Shown here: positions 39,148-55,364 of the stretch, piece by piece | Numbering within the stretch: position 1 is the stretch's first letter | How the letters are laid out: every line of letters starts with the position of its first letter | Assembly (NCBI GenBank): GCA_964016885.1 | Contig: OZ024741.1 | Coordinates: 340,194,001 to 340,258,000 of the forward strand | Origin: Eledone cirrhosa | Lineage: Eukaryota | Length of the DNA stretch: 64,000 bases | Direction: 5' to 3' | Notes under the pieces: model-generated | Databases searched by the model: none | Seen by the model: only the letters and a program-made list of their open reading frames with translations | What the model was told of the DNA's origin: nothing | Program-made: the position numbers and the translations under genes

Positions 39148-40129
39148 GGAGAACATGATATGAAGGCTAAAAAACACTTGTTGATAGTGCAGTTTTAAAT
39201 CAACATATGAAAAGTGGTTTTAGATTGATGTGTGATATTGGGAAAAATATTTTATTTAGAGAGTGGGGGGAAGGATGAAAAGGGAAGGAGATGAGAGGGA
39301 GAGATGGGTGATAGAGAGAAAGAGATAGTTTTTATAACTGAGAGGAGATATATTTTTTACATAGAGGGGTTGAAAACCGTTGGAGGATACTGTATAAATT
39401 AAAAATTTTGAAAATTAACGAAGGGAGGATATGTGCGAGGAAAAAATATTTTATTTAGGGAGGGGGGGGGGGGTGGAAAGGATGAAAAAAAGGGGGGAGG
39501 AGATGAGAGTGAAGGTGGAGAGGGAGAGATGGGTGATAGAGAGAAAGAGATAGTTTTTATAACTGAGAAAAAGATATATTGTTTTAATATAGAGAGGTTG
39601 GGAACCGTTGGAAGATAATGTATAAATTAAAGGAATTTGAAAATTAACGAAGGGAAATTATGTATGAAGATAGAGAGAAAAAAATAATAATTGTGGGTGA
39701 ATATTCTAACGTCAAAAGAAGAAATGTATGTATTGTGGCAATTTCAAAATTAGCGAAGAGAAAAATTGTTAAGGTTTGTGTGTAGAAGGATTTGAGAAAA
39801 ATAATGTAAAGTTAAAGTTTGTATATTGAATTGATATGTATTAATAATGAGTTCGTTGATGGGGAGAAAAAAATAATAATAAATTAAGGATGAAATTGAG
39901 ATTAAAAAGATTTATGATAGAGAGAAAAAATAATAATGATTGCGGATGAATATTCAAAATGTCAAAAACAAATGTTATTATTTTACGAGAAGATAGAATG
40001 AGGGTAATGAGTAAACGAGTATTATAGAGTGTATAATGCCCTTTAAAGTAAGGTAGATGGGTATATTTTAAAGAGGTGTATGTATATGTGCCTTTGAGAA
40101 AAGATTCTAAATTGATAAAGAATTGAATA

Positions 40130-41248
40130 TTAACTGTATACTTTGTGAAAAGTTCTATGGAATTTATGCAGGCAGATAGAAAACAAATCCGAGCGTCTAT
40201 TTATTATAGAATCTAGGTGAGAGATAATGGTAAATTTTTCATTTAGGCAGAGATTACAGATTTTAGATAGAGAGCTGTTCAAGTATGAGGATGCAGAAGA
40301 AATCTTCTTCCAAAAGATGTTATATTTAATGTTTTTGTCTTTTAAGGACCATATGAGTTCTGAGAGAGCAGTGTTAGTTCTTTTAAGTTTGTATTTGAAA
40401 GATGAATGATGATTATAGAGACGAGCTTTAAAAGAGGTGGAAGTGGAGCCAAAATAGGTGAAGGAATTGGTGCTAGTTATAATTTTACATTCATAAATTA
40501 GGTTTTTATCGAGGCAATGGTTGTTGAGAGGACATTTATTTTTAATGCGGCAGTTGCAATTAGAGAGATTATTAATGAGTGATCTAGTGTTATCTATAGA
40601 AGGAATTGGATTGGAGAAGTTGTTTGCGATAGGAATAATAGGAATAATAGTTTCTTGATTTAGAGTTGGATTATGAACATTTAGCGAAGTTGTGTTTGAC
40701 GTTGTATTTGGGTTTACAGAAGTTAGCCTAGGGTTTACAATGACGTCGGGAGTACTATTACTGTTATTATGAAATTCAATATTGGAAGGAAGAGATTTAG
40801 TATTTAATATTTTGTTGTTGTGTTTAGAGATGATGTTGGAAATATTGGAGGATGTAGAATACGAAAATTTGATGGTGTGTTTGTTAAATATTTTACTATA
40901 GATATGTGAGGGAGGGAAGCATTTATTTAAGGCACTAAAAAATAATTTAGGAATATTGTTATTAATAGAGATGGAGAAAGGAGCATTATACCAGATTATG
41001 TTTTTGTATCTAGGTCTTTTATTAAAATTATTGGAATGGTCATGATTAATTATTCTACTGTAAGTTTTCCTAGAATTTGTTTCTTTATTATATTTGATTT
41101 TATCTGGATAGCCGGCTTTAGAAAGTGCGTTATTATAGTAATTGGCGTTAGCATCAAAGATGTTTTTATTAGAAGATATGTTAGATATTCTATTTCCAAT
41201 ATTATTAACTATAGCATTCTTGATATTGGTAGGATGGTTAGATTTAGA
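40130..41248 (-). CDS. About 372-codon open frame: PLE RT thumb, CxCx5C linker, GIY-YIG endonuclease (absent from ORF track, no start codon)
   Basis: KSNHP..IIWYNAPFS..IFNKHTIKFSYS..CNCRIKNKCPLNNHCLDKNLIYECKI..TYFGST..ICNLC..ICLH, all in one frame. Confidence 0.9.
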   Translation of the reverse strand, partial: SKSNHPTNIKNAIVNNIGNRISNISSNKNIFDANANYYNNALSKAGYPDKIKYNKETNSRKTYSRIINHDHSNNFNKRPRYKNIIWYNAPFSISINNNIPKLFFSALNKCFPPSHIYSKIFNKHTIKFSYSTSSNISNIISKHNNKILNTKSLPSNIEFHNNSNSTPDVIVNPRLTSVNPNTTSNTTSLNVHNPTLNQETIIPIIPIANNFSNPIPSIDNTRSLINNLSNCNCRIKNKCPLNNHCLDKNLIYECKIITSTNSFTYFGSTSTSFKARLYNHHSSFKYKLKRTNTALSELIWSLKDKNIKYNIFWKKISSASSYLNSSLSKICNLCLNEKFTIISHLDSIINRRSDLFSICLHKFHRTFHKVYS

Positions 41249-41285
41249 TCAACAAGTGTTTTTTAGCCTTCATATCATGTTCTCC

Positions 41286-41356
41286 TGTTTTATCTGATGA
41301 AAACACAAATATTATTGCTTGATGATGTTTGTTTTTGAAATGCGCATAATAAAATA
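41286..41356 (+). ncRNA. Minimal type I hammerhead ribozyme (inverted copy)
   Basis: Same sequence as 39077-39147 on the opposite strand. Confidence 0.85.
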
Positions 41357-41477
41357 TATGGAACTCCTTTAACCATCTTTTGATCTTATATTATGCATAC
41401 TCCAGTCCCACAAACTGTAGAGTGCTTCTTATCCGATATCTGCATTGCTTTATTGTACTACAATAAAACTCACCTCC

Positions 41478-41523
<46 letters not shown>

Positions 41524-41603
41524 TATATATCATCATCATCATCATCGTCATCATCATCCTCGTTTACGTGGACGTTAAACGAGGATGATGATGATGATGA
41601 TGA

Positions 41604-41651
<48 letters not shown>

Positions 41652-41671
41652 GATGCATATATATATATATA

Positions 41672-41717
<46 letters not shown>

Positions 41718-41733
41718 TATATATATATTTCTG

Positions 41734-41850
41734 AAGGCGTGTGGCTGAGTGGTTAGTGAATTTGCTTCGCAATCGTGAGGTTGTGAGTTCGATTCCTGGA
41801 CCAGTCGATGCGTTATGTCCTTGAGCAAGACACTTTATTTCACGTTCCTC
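41734..41850 (+). mobile_element. tRNA-derived CORE-like SINE (copy on - strand at 53295-53425)
   Basis: A-box tggctgagtggtt, B-box gttcgattcc, tccttgagcaagacactt. Confidence 0.8.
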
Positions 41851-43141
41851 CTTCTACCTGGAGTTGCGACCGATAGATAGTATTAGCAATTGGAAAGACC
41901 AACAGAAACATTGTTTCCTAGGTCCGATTTGACGAAAGTCGATCTTCCTAGGATATATATATATGCATATATATATATATATGCATATATATGACCCTCC
42001 CCAAATATAACAATATATATATATATATAAATTAAAACAATGAAATAAAAATTCAAGTCATTAGAAATATACTTCACTGCTTTACGATCGTTTCTAGGTG
42101 ATGATAATACCTCGTAATCATACTTCGTTATCGATCTATGTAAGGTTAGTTACAAAATATCAGATAAGGAAAATATTTACCTACATGTATATCACCAGGT
42201 GTTGTCAAAAGCAATGCTTTTGACAACAGCTGGTGATATACATGTATATATTATATATACTGGTACATGTGTATATGGTTATGTGTATACGTGAGTTTTG
42301 CGTCTGTGTGTGTATACGGGTTCGTACGTATGTAGGGCGTGTGTGTGTGTATATGTGTTCTCTGTGTTTTGGTTGACGTACGTCTGCGAACATATGTGTA
42401 TTTACATGTAGGTATGTGTGTGCACGCGTTATATTCGTATTTATGTGTGTATATTTCTATACGTTTATATAATTATATGTATATACACACACACACACAC
42501 TTATATATATATTTTTTCTTTATATATATTTTATGTGTATTTGGTGTATACGTTCGTATGTGTGCATGTCTGGCGTTGCGTGGGTTCTGTATGTGCGTGC
42601 GTGTTTTTTTGTGTACGTGCTTGTATTTGCATACCCATGGCGAGTGTTCTCGCGTATGCTTGCGTATGTACGTATATGGATGCGTGCATGTATATATTTA
42701 TTTCTATTACCGCTGTAATTTATTTCCTTTATTCTTAACTCTGAAGCCGAGAATCATTCGGTTTCCTAAATAGAATTTTAGTCTACGACTTCAGTTATAC
42801 CATATACGTGGTTTTGTCTTTGCGTGTAATTGTTCTCACCGCTCCAAATAATGACGTATTATCTTCGTTTTTTCCCGTTCTTTGCCAGGGAACGTTTCCA
42901 CGAACCAAAGTATCGTCTTCCTGTCTTCCTTCGGTTGCAACGTTTTTTGAAATATTTACTTCTGCGTTCACAGATTAATTTTTTTTAGTTTCAGAAGATC
43001 CCGTTCAGGGTGAAAGCAGCGATTCTTTGCTTAAACTTTAATCTGTTATTTTAATAAATATTCGGTCTACGGTTCTTATATATTTTTTATATATTTATCC
43101 TTATCGAGCCCTCTTTGGATTTTAGTCTTCAAATTTATTAT

Positions 43142-46505
<3,364 letters not shown>

Positions 46506-46506
46506 A

Positions 46507-47385
46507 TATGAAAACAGAGAGAAAAAGATGATTATTAGGAAGAAAAAAATTTTTTTTTCCTCTCTATTTTTTTCAAATTTTTTTCTGGGTTAGAAATGAT
46601 TAAAACGAAATATTTTACTTTGTGTGAAGTGTTAAGGTATCAGTTGATTTATTTATTAATTAACAATGGCATTTATTTATTTATTTATTTATATATTTAA
46701 TAATTGTCTATTACCGGTTTCAGCATTTTTATGCATTATCAAATGATAATATGTATTGGTGTAGAATGGTGGTAACAGAAATGGTGCAGAAAGAATATTG
46801 TTATTTAAAAACAAGGTTTATGAAGTGAAAAGAAAAAAGAAAAAAAGGGTCGTAATAAGGCAATGTGAAAGAAAAAATAATGTTATTTACAGGCATAGTT
46901 CTTGAAGATAAGCAGATCAAAATGTGTTAATATAGCAAGAGTTCTTAGTTGATCCATGATGGAGGCAAATGGTGGACTGGGGTTTGATATGATTTCCCTT
47001 TTCAGAGAGGTAATATGCAGGAGGAGGTAATTCAGGGTGGGAGATAAATGGTAGATGGTATTTAATTTATTTAAGAAAAAGGATTAGGTAGGGTGTTAAG
47101 GAGTAACCCTTTAGAGAGACATAGGTATTTGTAAATATTTCATTCTTCGTTCCAGTTTTAGTTTAGTCCGAAGTTTAGTGCATTAAGTAGAGGTTGGAAT
47201 TTTTTAATGAAGTACGTTTCCTTATTGGTACGATGGATGAAAGTAGCGTTGTCTATGAATTTGTAAATGGGGCAAACTTTAAAGTTTGGATGTTGGTTGT
47301 GTGCACAATTGGCGATATGTTGACTGAACGCAATCTTTCTGTATTCCTGTATTTTGATTTGTGATTTATGGACGGTCATACGTTG
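46507..47385 (-). mobile_element. 3' end of a different Neptune-type PLE
   Basis: RMTVHKSQI...QHIANC...ETYFIKKFQPLLN GIY-YIG C-terminus; hammerhead in the UTR. Confidence 0.85.
46707..46746 (-). ncRNA. Minimal hammerhead, U3-A8 variant
   Basis: UUGAUAA-ugcau/augcu-GAAA-ccgg-UA; weak stem I. Confidence 0.55.
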
Positions 47386-48406
47386 TCATACACAAATATT
47401 ATATTGTCTAAAGACTTAAGATGATATAATATTTGTGTATTTTTTTTTATAAACACATATATGTAATTTAAAATTCAGACATTTTAAAGTTTAATTATAA
47501 GGCCTGTTGATCCTTTAGGCACTCAAATTGTTAATCACAAATTCTTTAAAAATTATAACTGTAATTATTTTCTAAATTATATTATATAAACTGTTGTCAA
47601 TATTATAAATAATTTTGGTAAAGTTTACCTTCGTGAGGTTGTAAAAACATTATGTTTTCTTTCTCGTGTTTGTAAATCCTTTAAATTTGATTTTAGAAAT
47701 TAAATTTGATAGTATACTTTAATATTAATACAGATACCTATTAACTTTTAAAACCTAAAATATTATTCATTACGCTGAACTAACTTAAATTAAATATTTT
47801 TAATATTAACGGTCAACCAAATAAGTTTAGATATATATTGTATATATGGATAATTGTCTAAAGACTTTAACATAAGTTATTCCTCTTTATATCTCTCTCT
47901 GTAATCAACTCTCTTTTGTTTTTATAAGCCCCTACTAACTATATTATCCCCTCATCTGTTTTCTTCCTCTATGCTTTCCTTTCTTTCCTCTTTCTTCAGT
48001 AATTTAAATTATTTAACAGTTATATTGATGCCAAGTATATTTTAGACTGTCTCACATGCGCCCTCTCTATTGTATGTATTATATATTTTTCTCATATTCT
48101 CAATATTAAGGTATATAAATATTGAGTTTTGTCATATATTACTCACTACCATGACTGAATCTTAACCATCTACTATGTCAGGGTATGTCATGCATCATCT
48201 TATTTTATCTGATGAGGACGTACTTTGAAGTTAACTCAGTACCTCTGAAATATGTATAATAAAATATACTTGATCACAAGAATATCTATTTTGTTAATAT
48301 TTTGAATTAATATTAATAACTCTGGAAAACCTTTTTCCTTGTTGAGTGCTTCCAATCTATTGTAAAACCCATTCTTTGATTTATTCATTGAACCTTGTTT
48401 AACTTT

Positions 48407-48410
<4 letters not shown>
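47386..48410 (+). mobile_element. PLE 3' UTR/terminus
   Basis: Hammerhead homologous to 30983-31047, followed by aataaa and a (TA)n junction. Confidence 0.6.
48201..48266 (+). ncRNA. Type I hammerhead ribozyme
   Basis: uauuuuau-CUGAUGA-ggacguacu/aguaccucu-GAAA-uaugua-UA-auaaaaua. Confidence 0.85.
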
Positions 48411-48473
<63 letters not shown>

Positions 48474-48476
48474 AAT

Positions 48477-48527
48477 GGATTCTACAGGACTAGAACTGTT
48501 TCATTCTGAGGAAATCATCAGAAAGCC
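48477..48527 (-). ncRNA. Type I hammerhead ribozyme
   Basis: ggcuuu-CUGAUGA-uuuccucagaau-GAAA-cag..cug-UA-gaaucc. Confidence 0.7.
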
Positions 48528-49005
48528 AACTGTCAATGTAAATTTCTGGTATTTATACATTTTGTCATGGTAATGGAAGTGTAATGGTTGGGGGTGAGGT
48601 GGGGTGGTAGAGATCATGGTGGGATTAAAGGATGGGGATTCTTAGAAAAAACAAAATCTATTTAGAGAAAGAAGTTTAGTAGCAAGTCGCAATTGAAATA
48701 AACACTACCTTATTCTATAGTACAACTTTAACAAACGGTATATCAAATAGTTGATCTAACATCTGTGGAAATGGTAGGTTAGTACAAGGTCACAAGCACT
48801 CACGCCAACACACACGTGCCCACAGGCGCACACACACACACACATATACACACGCACATAAATACATATATACACATACATATACTTATATCCAGACACA
48901 CATACACACATGTGTGTGTGTGTATGTATATATATATATATGTGTGTACACATACACACATACATACACATACATATATATACACATATATACACATATA
49001 TATAC

Positions 49006-49037
<32 letters not shown>

Positions 49038-49231
49038 TCAGGTTTGAGGTTCACCACTGTATAGAGCTGGTCTATTCCGTATGGTCAATCGTAATGCAAT
49101 AATATAGAGAGTACTCAACGTAAAGCAGTTCAACCGTCTTTGTTTTTGTAGTTGGTGGTGCTATTACGGAGTTAAATATCATAATGAAATGACAGGAGGC
49201 TGGATTTGTGTAAATCCTTGAAAGGTTTATT

Positions 49232-49289
49232 ATACTATGATCATTTCAATGACCGGGTTCCGTATGAATCCGGTGATATCATCAGGTAT
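49232..49289 (-). ncRNA. Minimal type I hammerhead ribozyme
   Basis: auac-CUGAUGA-..accgg/ccggu..-GAAA-ugauca-UA-guau. Confidence 0.8.
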
Positions 49290-49664
49290 TCGAAATATAA
49301 TACGTGAATGTAATAGATAAAATCCATGGGGCTGAAAATCGAGGACCCGAGGGCGACCGCTATTCTGTTCCTTCAACCTCAGCCGGTCGCCCTGGAGTGA
49401 CGTGGCTAAAGTTTATAGTATGCTACTACCGGTCAGATAAACGAAAACAGAAAGGGATGGGAGCATAAGTTAACATCGATCTCATGACACAAGGTAAAAG
49501 AAAGAAAGAAAGGAAGGAGAGAGAAGAAGGGGGAAGAAAGAAGAAGAGAAGCCAGGGTTAATGTCAGCTAAAAGAAGAAAGGCAACTACTACCGGTCAGA
49601 TATAGGCAAGCAAGAGGGGGAAGGAAGATAAGTCTGCGGGAGGAAGACAGGAAGAGAGGAGAAG

Positions 49665-51181
49665 AGAGAAGTAGAAAAGTAAGGGTTGATGGCTACAAGA
49701 AGGAAGATAGAAAGAAAGAGGAAGAAAGGTCGATATTAATGTCAGACCACAGTCAAGCCAGGAGTGGCGCGAGAAAATGTTCACAGGGACCCGCATCTTA
49801 GCAGAGGTGAATATATTGGGAGTCAGTGTGTTACAGTGTTTAGACTTCTAGGATGAAGTTAAAAAAGTTAATAATCAATATTCAATATTAAAGAGGTTAG
49901 AAAATCTAAAGTTCAACAGTTTAACATTTTACTATATAATAGTTCCGATTTGTTCTGTAATTTAAAGGTACTATGTGGCGGTTAAAACACCGGCCGCGCC
50001 CCGGGCCCCATGGCGAATTAAGCTACGCCGAGTATTTTCATTTACTGAGAGAAGGGGAAATTTATTTTTCCAAGCACTCCAGGTGAGCTCGTTCGCCAGG
50101 GAGCTGGTCGCGCCGCCATTAAAACCCACCCAACAGTCCGACAGAAAGTTGGAACTTTAAAATTTTGCTTAGAGAAGTAAAAGAGTAATGGTTGATAGCT
50201 ACAAGAAGGAAGATAGAAAGAGAGAGGAAGGAAGGTCGATATTAATGTCGCACCACAGTCGGGCCAGGAGTGGCGCGACAAAATTTTCACAGGGACCCGC
50301 ATCTTAGCAGAGGTGAATATATTAGGGGTCAGTGTGTTACAATGTTTAGACTTAGAGGATGAAGTTAAAAAATTAATAATCAATATTCTATATTAAAGAG
50401 GTTAGAAAATTTAAAGCTCAACAGTTTCAGGTTGATATATCTAATAGTTCCGATTTGTTCTGTAATTTAAAGGTACTATTTGGCGGTTAAAGCACCGGCC
50501 GCGCCCCGGGCCCCATGGCGAACTAAGCCACGCCGAGTATTTTCATTTACCGAAAGAAGGGGAAATTTATTTTTCCAAGCACTCCAGGTGAGCTCGTTCG
50601 CCAGGGAGCTGGTCGCGCCGCCATTAAAACCCACCCAACAGTCCGACAGAAAGTTGGAACTTTAAAATTTTGCTTAGAGAAGTAAAAGAGTAATGGTTGA
50701 TAGCTACAAGAAGGAAGATAGAAAGAGAGAGGAAGGAAGGTCGATATTAATGTCGCACCACAGTCGGGCCAGGAGTGGCGCGACAAAATTTTCACAGGGA
50801 CCCGCATCTTAGCAGAGGTGAATATATTAGGGGTCAGTGTGTTACAATGTTTAGACTTAGAGGATGAAGTTAAAAAATTAATAATCAATATTCTATATTA
50901 AAGAGGTTAGAAAATTTAAAGCTCAACAGTTTCAGGTTGATATATCTAATAGTTCCGATTTGTTCTGTAATTTAAAGGTACTATTTGGCGGTTAAAGCAC
51001 CGGCCGCGCCCCGGGCCCCATGGCGAACTAAGCCACGCCGAGTATTTTCATTTACCGAAAGAAGGGGAAATTTATTTTTCCAAGCACTCCAGGTGAGCTC
51101 GTTCGCCAGGGAGCCGGTCGCGCCGCCGCTAAAACCCACCCAACGGTCCGACAGAAAGTTGGAACTTTAGAATTTTGCTTA
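49665..51181. repeat. 505 bp tandem repeat, 3 copies
   Basis: Matching ORFs start at 49975, 50480 and 50985. Confidence 0.95.
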
Positions 51182-51900
51182 ACTCCATCGGATGAAGTTG
51201 AAAGAATTCAGAATAACATTATAAAACTAAAGAGTAAGAAGATTGAGAATTGAACAAACAGAAAATTGAAGATTAAACATTCAAATAACTTCTATGAGGT
51301 TTTGGGTTGCGGGGTTTAATTAAATAGAGTCTTTTATGAAGAAACGTTAATTGTGTTATGTAGATCTGTAATTTATCCTAGTGGGATGTAGAGAAACGGG
51401 ATATAGTCGTGTAATGTTTAATTTTTGTTCTCAGGAGGAGACATTCTAGTGTCGTGTGCTAATGGGTACAGGTCCCAATGTGAGGAGTAGAAATACATGG
51501 ATACATAGAAGTGAAATACGTGGAAGAGCACATTGGTACAGCAGAGGTATAAATATATAAACATATCAATATATAGGTATAAACATGTAAATAAACCAAC
51601 AAGAGTGGTGTTGGAGTAAGATGGAGAAATCAAGACATAGGAGAGTTACAATATAGTTCAGGTTGCAGTATTTATGTTCCCGGGGGGGGGGGGGGGGGGG
51701 CAATCCTGTGTCGTGTGTTAAGGGTGCACGCGAGTAAGAGTCCGAATAAGGGGAGTAAAAAGTACATGGATGTATAGAGGTAGAGTACGTGGAAAGACAT
51801 TAATAGAGCAAACAAAGATGTGAAAATATAGATAAATGATCATAGTATAAATGATCATAGTATAATAAACCTTTCAAGGATTTACACAAATCCAGTCTCC

Positions 51901-51969
<69 letters not shown>

Positions 51970-52004
51970 TATATATATATATACACACATATATATATAT
52001 ATAT

Positions 52005-52047
<43 letters not shown>

Positions 52048-52049
<2 letters not shown>

Positions 52050-52645
52050 GAAAATCACTGATGAAGGACTATTTTTATCATATGTAACCCATGTGCAACA
52101 ACGCAGTATTCTTTCTACTCATGTTTTTTATATATTTTTTCCCCAGCTGCGTTTGTCTGTTTCTCTCTTACTGCTTCCCCTCTCTCTCTGTTTCTCTCAC
52201 CTTCTTTCGCCCCCTCTGTCAGTTACACTTTCTCTCGACTGGCCTCTTCCTCGCATTTCCACTCACTCACTCTCTGCTTCTCCCTTTCTCACTTCCTCCC
52301 GTTTGGCCTGAAGTGGGGTCCTTTCTTGCTCACATCTCACTCGCGTCGCAGGGTCTCTCACCGCTCGCCCATGAAATCCACACAGCTAAAGCTGATCGGA
52401 CTCCATGTGCTTGTTTCTTCCTATCTTTGCGTTGCTATCCTTCTATGTTTGTTTACTTGTCTCGCTCGCTTTACGCGATTTACTTGTCCCAATAGCTTTA
52501 TTTAGCTATTGCGCGCACCAAGTGGAGGTATATGATTTTTAAAGCGATAAAATACCAATGAAGGTTAGAAAATCACTGATGAAGGACTATTTTTATCATA
52601 TGTAACCCATGTGCAACTACGCAGTATTCTTTCTTCTCATGTTTT
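52048..52645 (+). mobile_element. Small element with about 80 bp direct repeats (52048-52130, 52568-52645)
   Basis: Repeat gaaaatcactgatgaaggact...ctcatgtttt; (TA)n flanks. Confidence 0.6.
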
Positions 52646-52730
52646 ATATATATATATATATATATACACATACACACACATACATATACATACATACACA
52701 TATATATATACACACACGTACACCTATATA

Positions 52731-52791
<61 letters not shown>

Positions 52792-52796
52792 ATTAT

Positions 52797-52949
52797 TATT
52801 ATTAGAAATGTTAGCTTATCGCCGTATTTTGACTAAAGAAATTAAAGAAATTATTTATAATTTCTTTAATTTCTTTAGTCAAAATACGGCGATAAGCTAA
52901 CATTTATAATAATTTCAAATCCACTCGCTGTTTCGAAAATATTCTTACT

Positions 52950-52951
<2 letters not shown>
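52797..52951. repeat. About 50 bp-arm palindrome with 37 nt one-sided extension in (TA)n
   Basis: aaatgttagcttatcgccg...ttat tt ataa...cggcgataagctaacattt. Confidence 0.85.
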
Positions 52952-53014
<63 letters not shown>

Positions 53015-53776
53015 CATATATATATACATACATATAAATATACACATATATATATATACATATACACACATACACACACACATCATCATCATCATCATTT
53101 CATTTTACGTCCGCTTTTTCCCTGCTTGCAAGGGTGGGACGGGAACTGATTCTGGCTTGATTTCTACAGCTGGATGCCCTTCCTAACACCAACCTCATTT
53201 ACAGTGAGTGCTGGGTGTTTTTTTGACGTGGCACCTTCACGACCACTTTGCAGTGGAATGATATGGATCCCAGTCCCTATCATCTTATTTCTACAGCTGA
53301 GTAAACTGGAGCAATGTGAAATAAAGTGTCTTGCTCAAGGAAACAACACATCATCCGGTCTGAGAATTGAACTCACAACCTTTCGATTGCAAGGCCAATG
53401 CTCTAACCACTAAGCCATGTGCCTCCTTATATATATGTATGTGTAAGAGTGTGTGTATGTATATATGTGTGTATATGTATGTGTGTGTGTGTGTATGTAT
53501 ATGTATGTGTGTATATATATATATATATGTGTATATATATATACATACACACACACACATATATATATATACACACATACATATACATACACTCACGCCA
53601 ACACACACGCGCCCACGCACACACACACACGCACGCACACACACGCACATAAATACATATATACACATACATATACCTATATACAGACACACATACACAC
53701 ATATGTGTGTGTGTATATATATATGTGTGTACACATACACATACATACATATACATATATATACACATATATACAC

Positions 53777-53812
<36 letters not shown>

Positions 53813-53856
53813 GTGTATATATGTGTATATATATGTATGTGTATGTATGTATGTGT

Positions 53857-53895
<39 letters not shown>

Positions 53896-55313
53896 CACAT
53901 ACACATGTGTGTATGTGTGTCTGGATATAGGTATATGTATGTGTATATATGTATTTATGTGCGTGTGTATATGTGTGTGTGTGTGTGTGCGCCTGTGGGC
54001 ACGTGTGTGTTGGCGTGAGTGCTTGTGACCTTGTACTAACCTACCATTTCCACAGATGTTAGATCAACTATTTGATATACCGTTTGTTAAAGTTGTACTA
54101 TAGAATAAGGTAGTGTTTATTTCAATTGCGACTTGCTACTAAACTTCTTTCTCTAAATAAATTTTGTTTTTTCTAAGAATCCCCATCCTTTAATCCCACC
54201 ATAACCTCTACCACCCCACCGCACCCCAACCACTACACTTCCATTACCATGACAAAATGTATAAATACCAGAAATTTACATTGACAGTTGGCTTTCTGAT
54301 GATTTCCTCCGAATGAAACAGTTCTAGTCCTGGAGAAGCCATTGCTATATTAAATTACTTTTACTTTGCTATGTATTAAGAACCTTACTTACTGTGGTTT
54401 TCCCCGATTTAACCCGGGATCTACATATATATATATATATATATAAATATAAATTAATAAAATAATGAATAAACAAAGAAACAGTTCCTTATATTAAAAA
54501 AAATGTTCATCATTTTACGATCGTTTCTAGGATATATATGTGTTAGAGTTGGTATGCATATTCTATAGTTCTTCATACGGATTGGACACTACCGTAAACT
54601 TTTGGTAGATTTATCTACATATATATGATGGCTGCCCCCTCGTTATCGAGTATGGCCATTGCACGATATACCATTATTAATAATTATTAATTAATTCTAT
54701 CGTGCAATGCCTGTGCGTGAAGATATTTTTAAGGAAAGACGGTGTACGGAGCAAATCCCACTATCGACAGTAGCTATAACCCGAAAAGAAGAAAAGATCA
54801 ACGTTATCGGTAACTACTGAGCTGCAGGTTTTATATCGGTGTTATCCCAGTTTCCTGAGTTGCCTTCTCATAGAAGAATGCTCTGACAAAGGCTATGGGT
54901 CCTTCACACCCAGGGGTTTAACAGCGCGATCGGGTGCCCGACCCGACTATTTCTATGTCCCCGCGCATATAGATACACATGCACCCATATATACACACAT
55001 ATACATATACATACCGTCTAACCCATGCTAGCGTGGAAATTGGACGTTAAACGAAGATGATGATGATGATGATGATGATGATACATGTGTACATGTGTAC
55101 ATGTGTATAGACATATTTACACACTTTTGGATGGCCGTTGACTCTTATGAGTTGTTCCGCCCTTTGTCGGGTTCTATTTTTGTCCTTCAGGGTATCCAAA
55201 ATCACCCTCCTCACCAAGTAAACTTGGGGGATTGCCGGTTTAGTCACGGACGAGCCGACCGTGCGACAGGTTGTAATTGGTTACATGTTACCAGCAACAC
55301 TCAAGAATGACCC

Positions 55314-55359
<46 letters not shown>

Positions 55360-55364
55360 TATGT

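Larger units (their letters stand above)
39042..41480 (-). mobile_element. Naiad-type PLE, 5'-truncated, head-to-head arms 39042-39185 / 41248-41393 plus 87 nt extension
   Basis: RT thumb and GIY-YIG frame, IR containing hammerheads, (TA)n flanks. Confidence 0.9.
49039..51905 (-). mobile_element. Non-autonomous PLE-like element with internal 505 bp tandem repeats
   Basis: IR about 49192-49245 / 51850-51903, 150 nt extension, hammerhead, (TA)n flanks. Confidence 0.7.
48467..54424. mobile_element. Head-to-head PLE-derived element (arms about 48467-49030 / 53800-54351, about 70 nt extension on the right) hosting nested insertions
   Basis: Inverted repeat with hammerheads at 48477-48527(-) and 54290-54340(+, GUA mutated to GGA). 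Confidence 0.8.

Noticed and set aside
41734-41810. tRNA gene
   Set aside because: A/B boxes continue into a SINE core with dispersed copies; no proper cloverleaf end
42085-43025. Hammerhead-like motifs (GAAAcgaucgUA at 42085 and 54515 on the - strand; CAGAAGA..GAAA at 42991)
   Set aside because: Core nucleotides are mutated and stem I is unconvincing; at most decayed PLE ends
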